From NCBI GenBank assembly GCA_024346625.1, contig AP024666.1, positions 496,001 to 560,000 of the forward strand: 64,000 nucleotides of DNA, written 5' to 3'. The first letter of the stretch is position 1; each line of letters opens with the position of its first letter. The stretch comes from Williopsis jadinii. Lineage: Eukaryota. The notes under the pieces are model-generated. The model worked only from the letters and a program-made list of their open reading frames with translations, had not been told where the DNA came from and made no database searches. Both the position numbers and the translations under genes were made by a program. This document shows positions 12,203-23,047 of the stretch, one piece after another.

Positions 12203-13006
12203 TTAGTCGTTGGAAATCATAAAGATCTCATTCAATGCCTTCGCATCCATAGTGGCTGCTCTCTTCTGTCTAATCCACTTCGACCTCACATGGAGACGAG
12301 TGTTAACAGCTGGTGATTCTTCTCTGGACTCACTAGGCGCGAGCATGCTATCACGAGTAACTTCAGCTGTTTTCTCCTTCTTTTCCTTCTTTTCTTTCTT
12401 GTCTTTCTTTTCCTTCTTTTCTTTCTTTTCTTTCTTCTCTTTCTTTTCTTTCTTTTCCTTCTTGCTCTTCTTTTCCTTCTTTTCCTTCGTGCTCTTCTTC
12501 TCCTTCTTTTCTTTCTTACTCTTCTTCTTAGAGTCACCTTCTTCATCATCATCACTATCGTCTCTAACTCTCTTTACTATTAACTGTCTATTCTCACTAT
12601 CCCATGTACTCTTCAAAGTATCTCCCTTTATGAATTGAATACCAAGCTTACCATTTAAAATCTTTTCAGTTCTCTGTAATTCCAATTCTTTGGCGATGAC
12701 CTCTTCTTTACCGTTCAATCTACCTAGAATTCTCTGGAAAACGTCCAAACCGGCACATTCGCCACTATCAAATTCATCCTTCTTGACCTTCTTTGAGAGC
12801 TTAGCACCAAGACCAACAGTGTCATCTTTCAAAGCCACTTTCACATGAGTAGTGACAGCGTGAGAAACCATTCCTAAACCTGAACCAGGTTTCCAGCCCA
12901 TCTTCTCTAAATACTGGTGCCCAAATCTATCAGTATCGTTGGCCCATTTGGTATTTCTTGGATCAAATCCAAATCTCTGCTTCACTTTAACACCGGCAAG
13001 TCCCAT
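12203..13006 (-). CDS. PXR1: G-patch nucleolar protein Pxr1/Gno1 (PinX1)
   Basis: Starts MGLAGVKVKQRFGFDPRNTKW; G-patch FGHQYLEKMGWKPGSGLG; KKE(K) repeat tail; C-terminal KWIRQKRAA.MDAKALNEIFMI. Confidence 0.93.
   Translation of the reverse strand: MGLAGVKVKQRFGFDPRNTKWANDTDRFGHQYLEKMGWKPGSGLGMVSHAVTTHVKVALKDDTVGLGAKLSKKVKKDEFDSGECAGLDVFQRILGRLNGKEEVIAKELELQRTEKILNGKLGIQFIKGDTLKSTWDSENRQLIVKRVRDDSDDDEEGDSKKKSKKEKKEKKSTKEKKEKKSKKEKKEKKEKKEKKEKKEKKDKKEKKEKKEKTAEVTRDSMLAPSESREESPAVNTRLHVRSKWIRQKRAATMDAKALNEIFMISND
12371..12530 (-). repeat. Low-complexity KKEKK-coding repeat within PXR1
   Basis: C/T-rich tract on + strand (ttcttttccttc...) encoding KEKKEKK repeats. Confidence 0.85.
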
Positions 13007-13095
13007 TATCTCTCTATTTATCAAAACTTTTCCAGATAAGTTGTACAGCGTAACCTCTTTCAACGTTCTTTTCCTCGTGCAAAATGTTTGGTGCC

Positions 13096-13121
13096 AAAAT
13101 TTTTCTTCCCTCACCGATGAG
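13096..13121. promoter_or_regulatory. RRPE (AAAATTTTT) and PAC (GATGAG) ribosome-biogenesis elements upstream of PXR1
   Basis: AAAATTTTT at 13096-13104 and GATGAG at 13116-13121, 90-115 bp upstream of PXR1. Confidence 0.65.
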
Positions 13122-13249
13122 CTGAGAAACAAAGCGAAACAGAAAAAAAAAGTTTTGTTACGGACACCATCACATACAAAATCATCTTAGACCTCTCAAC
13201 TTTCCAAGAGAGAAAGTAATTTACAATGTATTCATTTATGTATCTTCAC

Positions 13250-16200
13250 TTATGAGAACCACTTTTGGATCACAGCTTGAGTATCTTGTGGGTAACTTTG
13301 TAGTAGAGCCATTGCATCTGACTGTGGGAGTTGACCAAGAAGTTTCTTGACAGAGCCAACAACAACCTCTGCTGTTTGACCGGCGATGGAGCTAAAGACA
13401 AGTGCCTGGATAACACTATCCACCACACCTTGGATATTGTTTTGAATAGATGGGTGCGATGAGTCAATCAATTGTGCAAGGAATCTGTACGCGTATGGTG
13501 CAGCTTCGGTATCCTTCACAATTGGTAAAGTCTTAATCCAACTTTCAACAACTGCGTTGAAATTTGGAACACGGTCACCGTATGCATGGAGAACTTTAGA
13601 GATTGCGCATGAGGCATTCTCAGTGGCACCAGCGTTATCATCAGATCTGGCGTCTGGAATTTGGGTTATCTTGAATAGTGATTCCAATGCACCTAATGTG
13701 AGGTCTGCGTAGCTGTTCGAAGCGTGTTGTGCTGCAACACCAACGATATACGATGCAGCTTGACGGATACGGGCATCTGGATGACCCAAGGATTCTGCAA
13801 CAGCACCAAGGAATAGATCACGGAATGGAACAGATGCCTCACCGGTGTATTCAACCAAGTCAGATGCAACGCACAGGCCAAATAGTTTGCAAGTGACGTT
13901 ACTGTCGTTGATGAAACTGGCAACTGTAGGGACAAGAACCTGGAATGGCTCAAGGAATGCAAGTTTGTTGGAGCTGAACACAGTACTAATGACCTTGTTG
14001 ATCTCGTCACTCAACTCTTCATCAGTGTACTCATCATCCTCGTCAATTTCTTCATTATATTCATCTTCTTCGCCTTCACGGTCCTTGATACGGTCGTACA
14101 TCTCCTTCAAAACAGTGTTAACGTTCTTTGCAAAGGCCAGCATTTGCTCTTGGGAGAGTGACTGATCTCCAATGATTTGGATACAGTCTGATAGAGCATT
14201 AAAGTAAGAAAACAACAGGTCAATGGCTGGTTCTGTACCGATGATCTTGATGAGTTTATCAGAGATCAATTGCCACAATTCCAATGTCTGTGTGGACTTA
14301 GCTCCAGTTGCGGCCTTGGCTGTTAATAAAAGTGGAGGAAGTGCGTTGGCAGCAGATCTACGAACTTCATCATGCAGGTAAAAGTCCAGAGCTGGTAAGA
14401 CAATTTCCAAAGTAATCTCTCTTGTGTACTGATAAAAGTCACCCTTCAAAATGTCAGCATAACCGGCAATAAGATCAATAGCTGCAGCCTTATCGTCCAA
14501 TAGAGCAGTGTGCACCGCAATGTGCTTACCTGAGAGTTGAATAACATCCCAGTCCTCGTTTTGATTGAACTCCTCAGCTTCTTCTTCCTCTAACAAACTA
14601 ATATTTTGAGCAGCTTTTGCAGCTTCAATTAAAGGTGGTAAGACACTTGGTAAGTATGGCAAGAAATCAGAGCCAATAATACGTGCAATACGACCCCAAC
14701 CTTGTTCCAAGTATGGCTTCACAGGATCATCATCTTGCATCTCACCTTGTTGGATAGCCGCAAATAAGTGAATTAGTTCTTGACTATGCGGAGCAAACTT
14801 TTCCTTACCCACTGCCAGTGCAATCAAAGTTGAACACTCGATACATTTTGCCTTAAGCAATCTTTGTTCATCACCCATATCAGTCTTCAAGACATTGATC
14901 AAAAGTGGCATCAATGTATCATAGTATTTAATAAATGTCTTCTGTGCAGCATCAGCAACTATGGCAATCGTCGTCAGAACTTGCTCTTGGACGTAACGTT
15001 TTGGACTTTGGAGTAAGGTCAACAAGTTGGACAAAAGGTCATCTAAGTATGGTTCAAGAGTTTCCTTGGTGGCATTTTCTGAGAAGTTGACAAGCGCAGC
15101 AGCAGCATGAGCTTGAACTCTTGGAACGGATTGATTTGTGAGCTTAGAAACCAAAGCAGGAATGATACGATCCCCAGCTTGTCTTTGAATGGTGTCGGCA
15201 AAGTCAGTAGAGATTTGACCAAGTGCATTACATGTGGCGTACTGGACTCTTGGGTGTGGATCATTTAATCCAGGAATAACAAGATCCAAGATACGTGGTA
15301 TTTCACCAATGAGAACATCACAACAACCTTCAGCAGCAGATGAGAGTGCCATCAAAGCGGCTTGGCGTTGTCTCCAGTCATTGGAGGCCATCATCTGAGT
15401 GATCATCTGGAACAATGGTCCAGCGAGGTATTCACCACCGAGCTTCAAGGCAACACGATCCAAAGCCTGACGAGCTGAATCGTATTCAACTTCTTCTTCG
15501 TCATCTTCAGTATTATCCGCATTGTTCCATTCAGCAGCGTCGTCGTCACCGTCACAGACCTCAGTCATCATGTGTAAAGTGATGTAAACAATGGCCTGGG
15601 AATAAGCAGGGTTAGCCTTACACATCTTTGGTGAAGATTCAGAAAATGCAGTCAAGAGCTCCAAAGCTGACAATCTAGCACCTGAGTCAATAGATTGGTT
15701 ATTGGCAACAGCTGAACAAAATTCAATGATTGTTGGGAACATATCCTTAAACAACTTGGAAGCAGTGTCGACCAGATCAATAAGAGACTCCAATACAGAA
15801 GCCAAGGCCACGTCCTTACCATTTTCTAGGAAACGAGGTAAACTGTTCATCAAACTTGGCAACAAAGGCTGAACCAATGGCCACGTCTTCTTTGGCAGAC
15901 ACTGGAAAAAGCTCACGAATGCGGAGCAAGCAGCAATTCTGATGTCATCTTCAGAGTCTTCAAAGCCTGCTTGGTACACTGGAAGTATCTGATCCATATG
16001 GGACTGTGGCAATAGCCCAGGGTTGGCAGCAAAGATTCTGAAGGCTGATTCTCTGAAGCTGGCGTCTGGGTTCTTAACAGCCTCGAAGAGAGTTGGAAGT
16101 AGTTGATCCCAAGATCCCGGGACATCATCCTTAGCTAGCTCAGCTATAACATCTGCGAGTTTATGTCTGACATTGTTGGATTGTTGTGAGATGAACCCCT

Positions 16201-16519
16201 GGAGGAAGTTGCTTCTAATTTCAGCCAAGGTTTGTTCGTTGACGATCGAGATCGTTCTCTCCATAACACTCTTCATCTTTGGAGGCGATCTAATGGCAAT
16301 TCTTCTAAAGAGAACAGCAGCAAATGACTTCAATGCATCGTTAGCGCCTGATGCAGCTTGTTGTGACAAGAATAACAACAGAACGTCAACACGATCCTTG
16401 CCTGACCATACACTGTTCAAGTGGGTTTCAGCTGCAACACGCGTGTTGTTATCCGCTGACGACAGCCCTTGCAATAGCTCAAGGAGAGCACTGTTGATTT
16501 CAGGAGTGACGGAGGACAT
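13250..16519 (-). CDS. PSE1: Importin beta-3 / karyopherin Kap121
   Basis: 1089-aa HEAT-repeat protein; ARQALDRVALKLGG, DPHPRVQYATCNALGQISTDF, LLKAKCIECSTLIALAVGKEKF; synteny with FKS3-GAS1. Confidence 0.93.
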   Translation of the reverse strand: MSSVTPEINSALLELLQGLSSADNNTRVAAETHLNSVWSGKDRVDVLLLFLSQQAASGANDALKSFAAVLFRRIAIRSPPKMKSVMERTISIVNEQTLAEIRSNFLQGFISQQSNNVRHKLADVIAELAKDDVPGSWDQLLPTLFEAVKNPDASFRESAFRIFAANPGLLPQSHMDQILPVYQAGFEDSEDDIRIAACSAFVSFFQCLPKKTWPLVQPLLPSLMNSLPRFLENGKDVALASVLESLIDLVDTASKLFKDMFPTIIEFCSAVANNQSIDSGARLSALELLTAFSESSPKMCKANPAYSQAIVYITLHMMTEVCDGDDDAAEWNNADNTEDDEEEVEYDSARQALDRVALKLGGEYLAGPLFQMITQMMASNDWRQRQAALMALSSAAEGCCDVLIGEIPRILDLVIPGLNDPHPRVQYATCNALGQISTDFADTIQRQAGDRIIPALVSKLTNQSVPRVQAHAAAALVNFSENATKETLEPYLDDLLSNLLTLLQSPKRYVQEQVLTTIAIVADAAQKTFIKYYDTLMPLLINVLKTDMGDEQRLLKAKCIECSTLIALAVGKEKFAPHSQELIHLFAAIQQGEMQDDDPVKPYLEQGWGRIARIIGSDFLPYLPSVLPPLIEAAKAAQNISLLEEEEAEEFNQNEDWDVIQLSGKHIAVHTALLDDKAAAIDLIAGYADILKGDFYQYTREITLEIVLPALDFYLHDEVRRSAANALPPLLLTAKAATGAKSTQTLELWQLISDKLIKIIGTEPAIDLLFSYFNALSDCIQIIGDQSLSQEQMLAFAKNVNTVLKEMYDRIKDREGEEDEYNEEIDEDDEYTDEELSDEINKVISTVFSSNKLAFLEPFQVLVPTVASFINDSNVTCKLFGLCVASDLVEYTGEASVPFRDLFLGAVAESLGHPDARIRQAASYIVGVAAQHASNSYADLTLGALESLFKITQIPDARSDDNAGATENASCAISKVLHAYGDRVPNFNAVVESWIKTLPIVKDTEAAPYAYRFLAQLIDSSHPSIQNNIQGVVDSVIQALVFSSIAGQTAEVVVGSVKKLLGQLPQSDAMALLQSYPQDTQAVIQKWFS

Positions 16520-16846
16520 TTGTTACAATCCCTTCTCCTTTTGAAAACACGTAGGTGATGCGGGCCTTATTAACGAGTCTTTGTTCGGTTATCCGACACC
16601 AGAACAAGAAATAGAGCAATAGGAAACTATATCAATCAGCCAGAAGAAGATAATCCTTCGATAACTGACAATACAAATGTACAAATCACTTCAGTGAGAC
16701 AGCAAATTGTACAGATTTGTTCCAATACAGATCTCTGGCGGTTGGGTTTCCTTGGAGAGAAGGTTCACTACAAAATTTTTTTTCCGGTTTTTCGGTTTTT
16801 TTTTTTGTTTTTGTGTTTTTTACGCTATTGCAAAGGAATTTTGGTG

Positions 16847-16860
16847 GTTTCTATGGCAAC
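16847..16860. promoter_or_regulatory. RFX X-box upstream of PSE1
   Basis: GTTTCTATGGCAAC, close to the X-box palindrome GTTGCCATGGCAAC. Confidence 0.55.
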
Positions 16861-16966
16861 GAAATGGATTACACGTCAAACACTGCGATGGGCCCGCTTA
16901 CTTCAATTTCCCCATAAGATCTCATTAATATAAAGTGTGCTATGTTTGGTATATGGCAAGGTGATG

Positions 16967-18637
16967 CTATACACGTAGGATGGGTCTAGCGGAGGCCCCG
17001 AGAATGATGCCAATTGATAAGAGTGCCATACCGGTGAAAATGCCTGATCTCGTCCATGATGATGTCAGTTTCTTTATCGCTTGCCAAATTCTCGTGAGGT
17101 AGCCTTCACTAGTGGCGTGGGGCCTGATTATAAGTTCCACATAGTGGTTATCATCCTGTGAATACCTCTCCGAATATGCAATTGCCGTCATTAAATCAGC
17201 TTCCGTGGTTAAGGTGACCATATCACCCTCGTTGTCTTCATAAAACAGCTCATGTTTACCAGCAAATTTTTCCTCAATCTCCTTCTGTAACAGTGTGAAC
17301 GGTTTCAAATCATCCGTTAATGTCAGGTTGTCATTCAACGCCATGCTTATTTTATCCACTATTCCCGTTTTCTCTTCGATGATGCGGAACGTTACTGTCT
17401 TCCTTTTCAAATAGAAGCTAATTCTTGATAATGATTCCGTGGAAGGAACCCTCTGTGGTGACATCATGAAGTTATCTTCGGACTTCACTTTATTAGTGGA
17501 CGGTCTTCTCGAAGTTGATGAAACGTAATTCAAAGATGTTCGTCTGGAGCTTGAGGGAGATTGATTTCTTGAAGGACCTCGGGATACACTAGACTCCAAG
17601 CTCTGTATATCATCGTTTGATTTATCCATTGCACTCCAGAATGTATCCCATGGTAGTTGGTCTGGAAGTCTACTTGTGACTTCATCCAGGGTAGTCTTCT
17701 GAACTGAGTCCAACTCATGACGTTTACCCAATTGCGAAAGTGCAGCGTATGTTAGCTGCAATACACTCACAATTCCCACAATGTCATTAGTTGTAGTGCT
17801 GATTACAGGTAAGTTAAGGAAATGCCCATGGTACATCAGCCTCAACGCGGCGCTGACAGTGAGCGAGTCTTTAGCAAATTCAGGACTCGTTGTCAATACC
17901 CTTGCGACAGTACACTTCGATGGGTTATAACCTCTGGCAATAACCCTATTGCATATATCCTTACTGGTAAAGATACCAATCACTTTATGATCATCAGAAG
18001 TCCCATCAAGTACAAGGAGCGCCGTTGTAGATTGTTGTTCCATCAACCGTGCAGCGTCGTATACCGTTGACAGTGAGTCCACATAGCAAACAGGTTTATA
18101 GCCCACGGTTTTGAGCGTCGGAATATCAATCACCTCACTGAGTGATCTAACGTCTTGGACAATGCGGTGAGCCTGTTCTGAGCGTACATCGCCATAGTCC
18201 CTTGCCACCTCCTTCAATACAGAATTGAGCCTTTGAGCGCTGGCGGTAATTCTCTCCAATCTCAACATGGCCTGGTGGAAGCATCGGGTAATGTCCAAGA
18301 CGCCTGTGATGGCGCCTTGCGAGTCCAATAGAGGTAGATGACGAACATTCTTATCAACCATTGTCGTTAACGCGTCCGTGATCCGCGTATCCATGTGCAA
18401 GCAGAGGGGACAAGACGTCATCAACTGTTCAACAAGCGTGGTCTTTGGATCCAACCCCTTTGCCGTCAGCCTATACGCCATGTCCTTGGCCGTGACGATC
18501 CCAACAAGACTCCTTGAGCGCATCACCAACAGGCAGTGCACCCTCCTATTCGCCATCAACTGTGACGCTTCATAACCCGTGTTCTCGGGCAAGCACTCAA
18601 CAGGAGCATCAGGACCGAGCTGGAAAATGGTGGCCAT
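16967..18637 (-). CDS. Four-CBS + PB1 domain protein with C-terminal TM helix (S. pombe Mug70-like)
   Basis: CBS pairs (GIVTAKDMAYR, VRHLPLLD, GIFTSKDIC.RV, GHFLNLPV), PB1 acidic motif LFYEDNEGDMVTLTTEADL, hydrophobic tail. Confidence 0.82.
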   Translation of the reverse strand: MATIFQLGPDAPVECLPENTGYEASQLMANRRVHCLLVMRSRSLVGIVTAKDMAYRLTAKGLDPKTTLVEQLMTSCPLCLHMDTRITDALTTMVDKNVRHLPLLDSQGAITGVLDITRCFHQAMLRLERITASAQRLNSVLKEVARDYGDVRSEQAHRIVQDVRSLSEVIDIPTLKTVGYKPVCYVDSLSTVYDAARLMEQQSTTALLVLDGTSDDHKVIGIFTSKDICNRVIARGYNPSKCTVARVLTTSPEFAKDSLTVSAALRLMYHGHFLNLPVISTTTNDIVGIVSVLQLTYAALSQLGKRHELDSVQKTTLDEVTSRLPDQLPWDTFWSAMDKSNDDIQSLESSVSRGPSRNQSPSSSRRTSLNYVSSTSRRPSTNKVKSEDNFMMSPQRVPSTESLSRISFYLKRKTVTFRIIEEKTGIVDKISMALNDNLTLTDDLKPFTLLQKEIEEKFAGKHELFYEDNEGDMVTLTTEADLMTAIAYSERYSQDDNHYVELIIRPHATSEGYLTRIWQAIKKLTSSWTRSGIFTGMALLSIGIILGASARPILRV

Positions 18638-18988
18638 CGCTATCCAAACTAATCACCGCAACCGCTGCTCACCACCAACTCTCAATGACTATTCAACTGA
18701 TCAAACGTGATCTCAGATTTGTAATCAATGGTGATAGTTGCTAAATTCCCCCTTTGAGGATGATCAACAATTAGACCCCGGATTTTGACACATTTTGACT
18801 CTTTTGGCCCTAAGTTTGGCTTATCCTCCTAAATTTTCGCGTCGTGCGCTCATGAAGCGCCAAAACACAGGACAATGACAATAAGGGAGATTCAGGGGCG
18901 AAGAGTACGGCAATTATCAATAAGAATCATGGATATATACGGCTTTGTTACGAGGCTACAGCCCAGCAGATATGGAGATTACGTAAAA

Positions 18989-21900
18989 TTAGGGAAATTC
19001 CCTTTCAGTGATGCCCGAACGTTGGCACATGCCACTGAATATGCCACCCAACTTGAACAGATTCAACGGAGTGTCGAATTCCACAACTTCTCCCTTGTCC
19101 AGCACCAGTATGCGATCGTAGTTCAAAATGGTTCTCAGTCGGTGAGCGATACAAAGAATGGTACAGTGGGCGAAATCGTTCGCTATCGTACTTTGGATCT
19201 TGACGTCTGTTTCGTAGTCAACACTGGATGTGGCTTCATCAAGGATGAGGACTTTGGAATCACGAACCAGGGCCCTGGCCAACGCCAACAGCTGTCTCTC
19301 ACCAAGGGAGAAGTTCGCACCGTCGTCTTCCACCAGTTGATCGAGATGGAACTTATGTAGCGTTGTGATGTTAGTTTCACCGATCTTGTACGAACCCGTC
19401 CCCCGTGCACCGTCCTCAACAAGCCAGCTCTTTCTCAAGGCGTCCCACAGTTCAGCGTCCGAGCTTGATCCAAAGGGATCCAGGTTCTCCCTGATTGTAC
19501 CGTGGAAGAGGACTGGGTCCTGAGGAATAATCGACAACTTTGACCTCAGGTCGCTCAGGCCGATAGTAGAGGTATCAATACCATCAATTGTGATGAATCC
19601 TTCACGGACGGGACTGACTCTAAAGAGTGCGTTCATTATTGTAGACTTACCAGCTCCAGTACGTCCACAGACGCCAATCTTTTCGCCTGGCTTGACATCA
19701 AACGAGACGTTCTTCAAAACCAATGGTAGGTTCTCACGATAACTGAGACTGACATTGTTAAATGCTATAGCACCTTTCTCTGGCCATGACTCTCTGGGCT
19801 TTGTTTCTTCAATTTCGAATGGGCCCTCTTCCGGTAGATCCATAGCGTACTCGAACAGTCTTTCCACAGAGTTCATGTCATTTTCGACCATGGTCATGGA
19901 TCTGAGAAGCAGCGACATCAAGCTGGATACCTGGATAATGTACGAGACAAGAAGACCAGAGGAGGACCCCGAAAGATGGAAAACATCGCAGACACACATG
20001 ATACAGATGAAGAGGGTCAAGAGAGAACCAATACAATCCAGCCGGATGGAGAGCCATCTCTGGTTTGCAAATGTGAGGAAGTAGGCAGAATTCATTTTGT
20101 TGATGAGTGATTCAAACCTGAGCTGGAATCTCTCCACAGAGGAGTATGACTTGATGACTTTCATACCGTTCAAAGATTCGTTGAACAATGAGAATACCAA
20201 TGATCTATTAACAGATTCCAACCTTTTGATATCCAACGCCGAAGATTTGTAAAATACGAACAGATGAACGTAGACAAACAGAGCGACTGGTACTGCGATC
20301 AAAAACCATGGGATATAGCATGCACACAAGATAATGGTACAACAGACAGTCGACGAGCTTGTAACGAATAGACGAAGCTGTTCAATCAAATCAGTGTCAA
20401 GGACGTCAACATCTTTCGTGAATCTGTTCAGTATACGTCCAATTGGTGTAATATCCATAAACCACATTGGTGTTTTCAGAAGTTTGGAGGAACTCATGTT
20501 AAACAGTCTTAATCCAGCAGTATTGTTAAGGGATGCCATAAGGGTGAACAAACAAACAAAGGCCAGTGTGGAGAGCATGACGAGCAGCACATACAGCCCA
20601 GTATATAACTGACTAGAATAACCAAATCTATCGCTCAACCAGAATGATAACCAGACAGAAAAGAATAATTGGAGAAATCCAGAAACAGCAATAGTTAGAA
20701 AGAATATTGGGATTATAAAACGACCAAATATTCTGGATCCTAGAGCGAGATAGTTCAGATATACCTTGATGGAGATGGATTCCATACTTCTCTGTTCTTC
20801 TTTACTTTCAGCCTTTTCCTTCTTCGCAGTGGAGATTTGGGTTTGAACTCTTTGCAATTCTTTCTCCTCCTCATCATCAATCATAACGTCCTCCTCTTTC
20901 TCCCTTTCTTGTTCTTCTGGTTGTCGACTGAAATTCATTAAATTGGAAAAGGTCGGAGATGTCTGCAACAACTCAGATTGAGTACCAATCTGTAACGACC
21001 CAGTTCCATCAAGAATAATGATACGGTCAGCAGCATCAATCAAAGAGAGCTGATGAGTAGCAAGTAGTCTAGTTTTATCCTTTAACAGCCCACAGATACA
21101 CTCTTTCATAATGTGTTTGCCAACAGTCGCATCAACCGCACTCAGAACGTCATCCAAGAGAATTATGTCTCTGTCAGCGTATACTGCCCTTGCAAGGTTA
21201 ATTCTGGCCTTTTGTCCACCACTCAACGTTATACCTCGCTCACCAACTTCGACTTGGTCACCACCTGGTAAAGCCTTAAAGTCAACGTCAAGACCACAGG
21301 CAGAGACCACGGAATGGTATTTCTCTCTATTGTATGGCATTCCAAAGAGAATATTCTCTTTAATTGTTGCATTTTGGACCCATGGATATGAGCAAAACGT
21401 CAAAGAACCATAGACTTTGGCATCACCACTTTCCTGGCTCATTGTTCCCTCGATGGCGTTCAACAGCGAGCTTTTACCAGTTCCAATTGAGCCTGTGATG
21501 ATTATCAGATCTCCACGCTTGATAGTCAAGTTGATGTCTCTGAGACCAGGAAAGCTAAGGTCTTTCTCCAAAGTTTCACTCGTTACAGAAGCTATCAAAT
21601 CATCTTGTGGCTCAATATCCCATTGGTATGTTGCATCGTGAATCTCAATAGCATTCGTAGAATCTTCAACAGGCAATCTGGAAGCCGTTATTTCATCGTC
21701 TTCAGCCTGTAAGAACCCAGTCACTCGATCCATTGCAATAAGTGCATCAGTCGCAAAACTTGTGGCCATCGGCAATAAGTTGATTGGCATTCTAATCATG
21801 TTGAAGAGTGTAACAGCAGAGAAAACATTGTAAGACTGGAAATGGCTTCCAGAGAGATAGAACAATGCGATAAATGTGAGCATTGTAGCGATTCCTGTTA

Positions 21901-23047
21901 TGGAATTGATACCAGAGTTCATTATACTCTTGAGCATTTGCACTTTGAAGATGAACTCCTTCTCTACTCCTCTGTATTCCGCTAATCTCTCCTTATAAGG
22001 TATTTCCCATGAGTAAAGCTTGATCATCTTCATGTTGTTGATGATTTCGTTAATTGCTCGAACACGCTTGTCGATGAAGACATTTGCCTTGATACGTAGT
22101 TGCTTGAGCTTTGCATTGAACCAAAATATTGAAAACAAGAACAGGACAACAGTAGCGATACCAATAAGTGCTACAGCCCCCAGGTAGCAACACAAGACAA
22201 TTGTAGCAATACTCAAGGAAAGCGGAAATGCCCATATGAAATGGAAAACACCAACTGCAAGATCAATTCTTGCCAAATCAGCCATGACCAAGGAGTTGAT
22301 CTTACCGTTTGGGTATTGGAACCTCACTCTGGACGATACATTGAATGCCTTCTTGAATATGACGTTGGTCAACACTGCTTTAACACAACCACCAACAACC
22401 ATCGAGGAATGGAAGAAATGAGATAACGAGACAGAAGTGAGCATGATCATCGCGGATATACCGATGGAATAACCGATTGCATTGCCAACACCTGGATCAT
22501 GTGACGATTTCAACTGTATATATCTAACGAGTTGTCTCACAAGCAAAGGCGACAAGACCTGGGCCAGATCCATAACGACTTTCGCTGTGCCTGCAATGAG
22601 CCAAAACTCTTTGAAGAAAGTATCGTTTAAAGCCCTTATAACCACCCATTTGGTGAAGGGGACATCATCACCGTATTTCAAGGAAAACGCCTCCCTCCTT
22701 TTCCTGAAGTTATCCTCAAATAGCTCAGTCATGGCCTTTATTTTGATGTTATCCGGCAATTCGTACATATCCTCATCCTCTACCCTTCTCAAATAGCCCT
22801 TCTTGATGATCTCAAAAGCCCATGCAAACGTCAGCAATGACCATAGATTGGCCGTGTAGTATGGATGCTTCTTATCAGACGGCCTGATTGGCTGCGGTTC
22901 CTTACCAACCAGTAGCTTCGGCAGAGGCCAACCCTTCTTAACACGAATCTTCTGCTGTAGCTCATTGTAATACTGCGAGTCGACACTACTGGCACTGGAA
23001 CTGGCATCAACCGCATCGATGGCTCCCAACTTGCACGCTTCCCTCAT
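18989..23047 (-). CDS. YOR1: ABCC/MRP-type ABC transporter (oligomycin-resistance permease-like)
   Basis: Two TMD-NBD halves: GSIGTGKSSLL, LSGGQKARINLARAVY, GRTGAGKST, FSLGERQLLALARAL; first ATG at 23047; lies between PXR1 and ZUO1 as in S. cerevisiae. Confidence 0.85.
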   Translation of the reverse strand: MREACKLGAIDAVDASSSASSVDSQYYNELQQKIRVKKGWPLPKLLVGKEPQPIRPSDKKHPYYTANLWSLLTFAWAFEIIKKGYLRRVEDEDMYELPDNIKIKAMTELFEDNFRKRREAFSLKYGDDVPFTKWVVIRALNDTFFKEFWLIAGTAKVVMDLAQVLSPLLVRQLVRYIQLKSSHDPGVGNAIGYSIGISAMIMLTSVSLSHFFHSSMVVGGCVKAVLTNVIFKKAFNVSSRVRFQYPNGKINSLVMADLARIDLAVGVFHFIWAFPLSLSIATIVLCCYLGAVALIGIATVVLFLFSIFWFNAKLKQLRIKANVFIDKRVRAINEIINNMKMIKLYSWEIPYKERLAEYRGVEKEFIFKVQMLKSIMNSGINSITGIATMLTFIALFYLSGSHFQSYNVFSAVTLFNMIRMPINLLPMATSFATDALIAMDRVTGFLQAEDDEITASRLPVEDSTNAIEIHDATYQWDIEPQDDLIASVTSETLEKDLSFPGLRDINLTIKRGDLIIITGSIGTGKSSLLNAIEGTMSQESGDAKVYGSLTFCSYPWVQNATIKENILFGMPYNREKYHSVVSACGLDVDFKALPGGDQVEVGERGITLSGGQKARINLARAVYADRDIILLDDVLSAVDATVGKHIMKECICGLLKDKTRLLATHQLSLIDAADRIIILDGTGSLQIGTQSELLQTSPTFSNLMNFSRQPEEQEREKEEDVMIDDEEEKELQRVQTQISTAKKEKAESKEEQRSMESISIKVYLNYLALGSRIFGRFIIPIFFLTIAVSGFLQLFFSVWLSFWLSDRFGYSSQLYTGLYVLLVMLSTLAFVCLFTLMASLNNTAGLRLFNMSSSKLLKTPMWFMDITPIGRILNRFTKDVDVLDTDLIEQLRLFVTSSSTVCCTIILCACYIPWFLIAVPVALFVYVHLFVFYKSSALDIKRLESVNRSLVFSLFNESLNGMKVIKSYSSVERFQLRFESLINKMNSAYFLTFANQRWLSIRLDCIGSLLTLFICIMCVCDVFHLSGSSSGLLVSYIIQVSSLMSLLLRSMTMVENDMNSVERLFEYAMDLPEEGPFEIEETKPRESWPEKGAIAFNNVSLSYRENLPLVLKNVSFDVKPGEKIGVCGRTGAGKSTIMNALFRVSPVREGFITIDGIDTSTIGLSDLRSKLSIIPQDPVLFHGTIRENLDPFGSSSDAELWDALRKSWLVEDGARGTGSYKIGETNITTLHKFHLDQLVEDDGANFSLGERQLLALARALVRDSKVLILDEATSSVDYETDVKIQSTIANDFAHCTILCIAHRLRTILNYDRILVLDKGEVVEFDTPLNLFKLGGIFSGMCQRSGITEREFP

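Noticed and set aside
12210..12638. Phe/Ser-rich ORF antisense to PXR1
   Set aside because: Reverse reading of the KKE repeat
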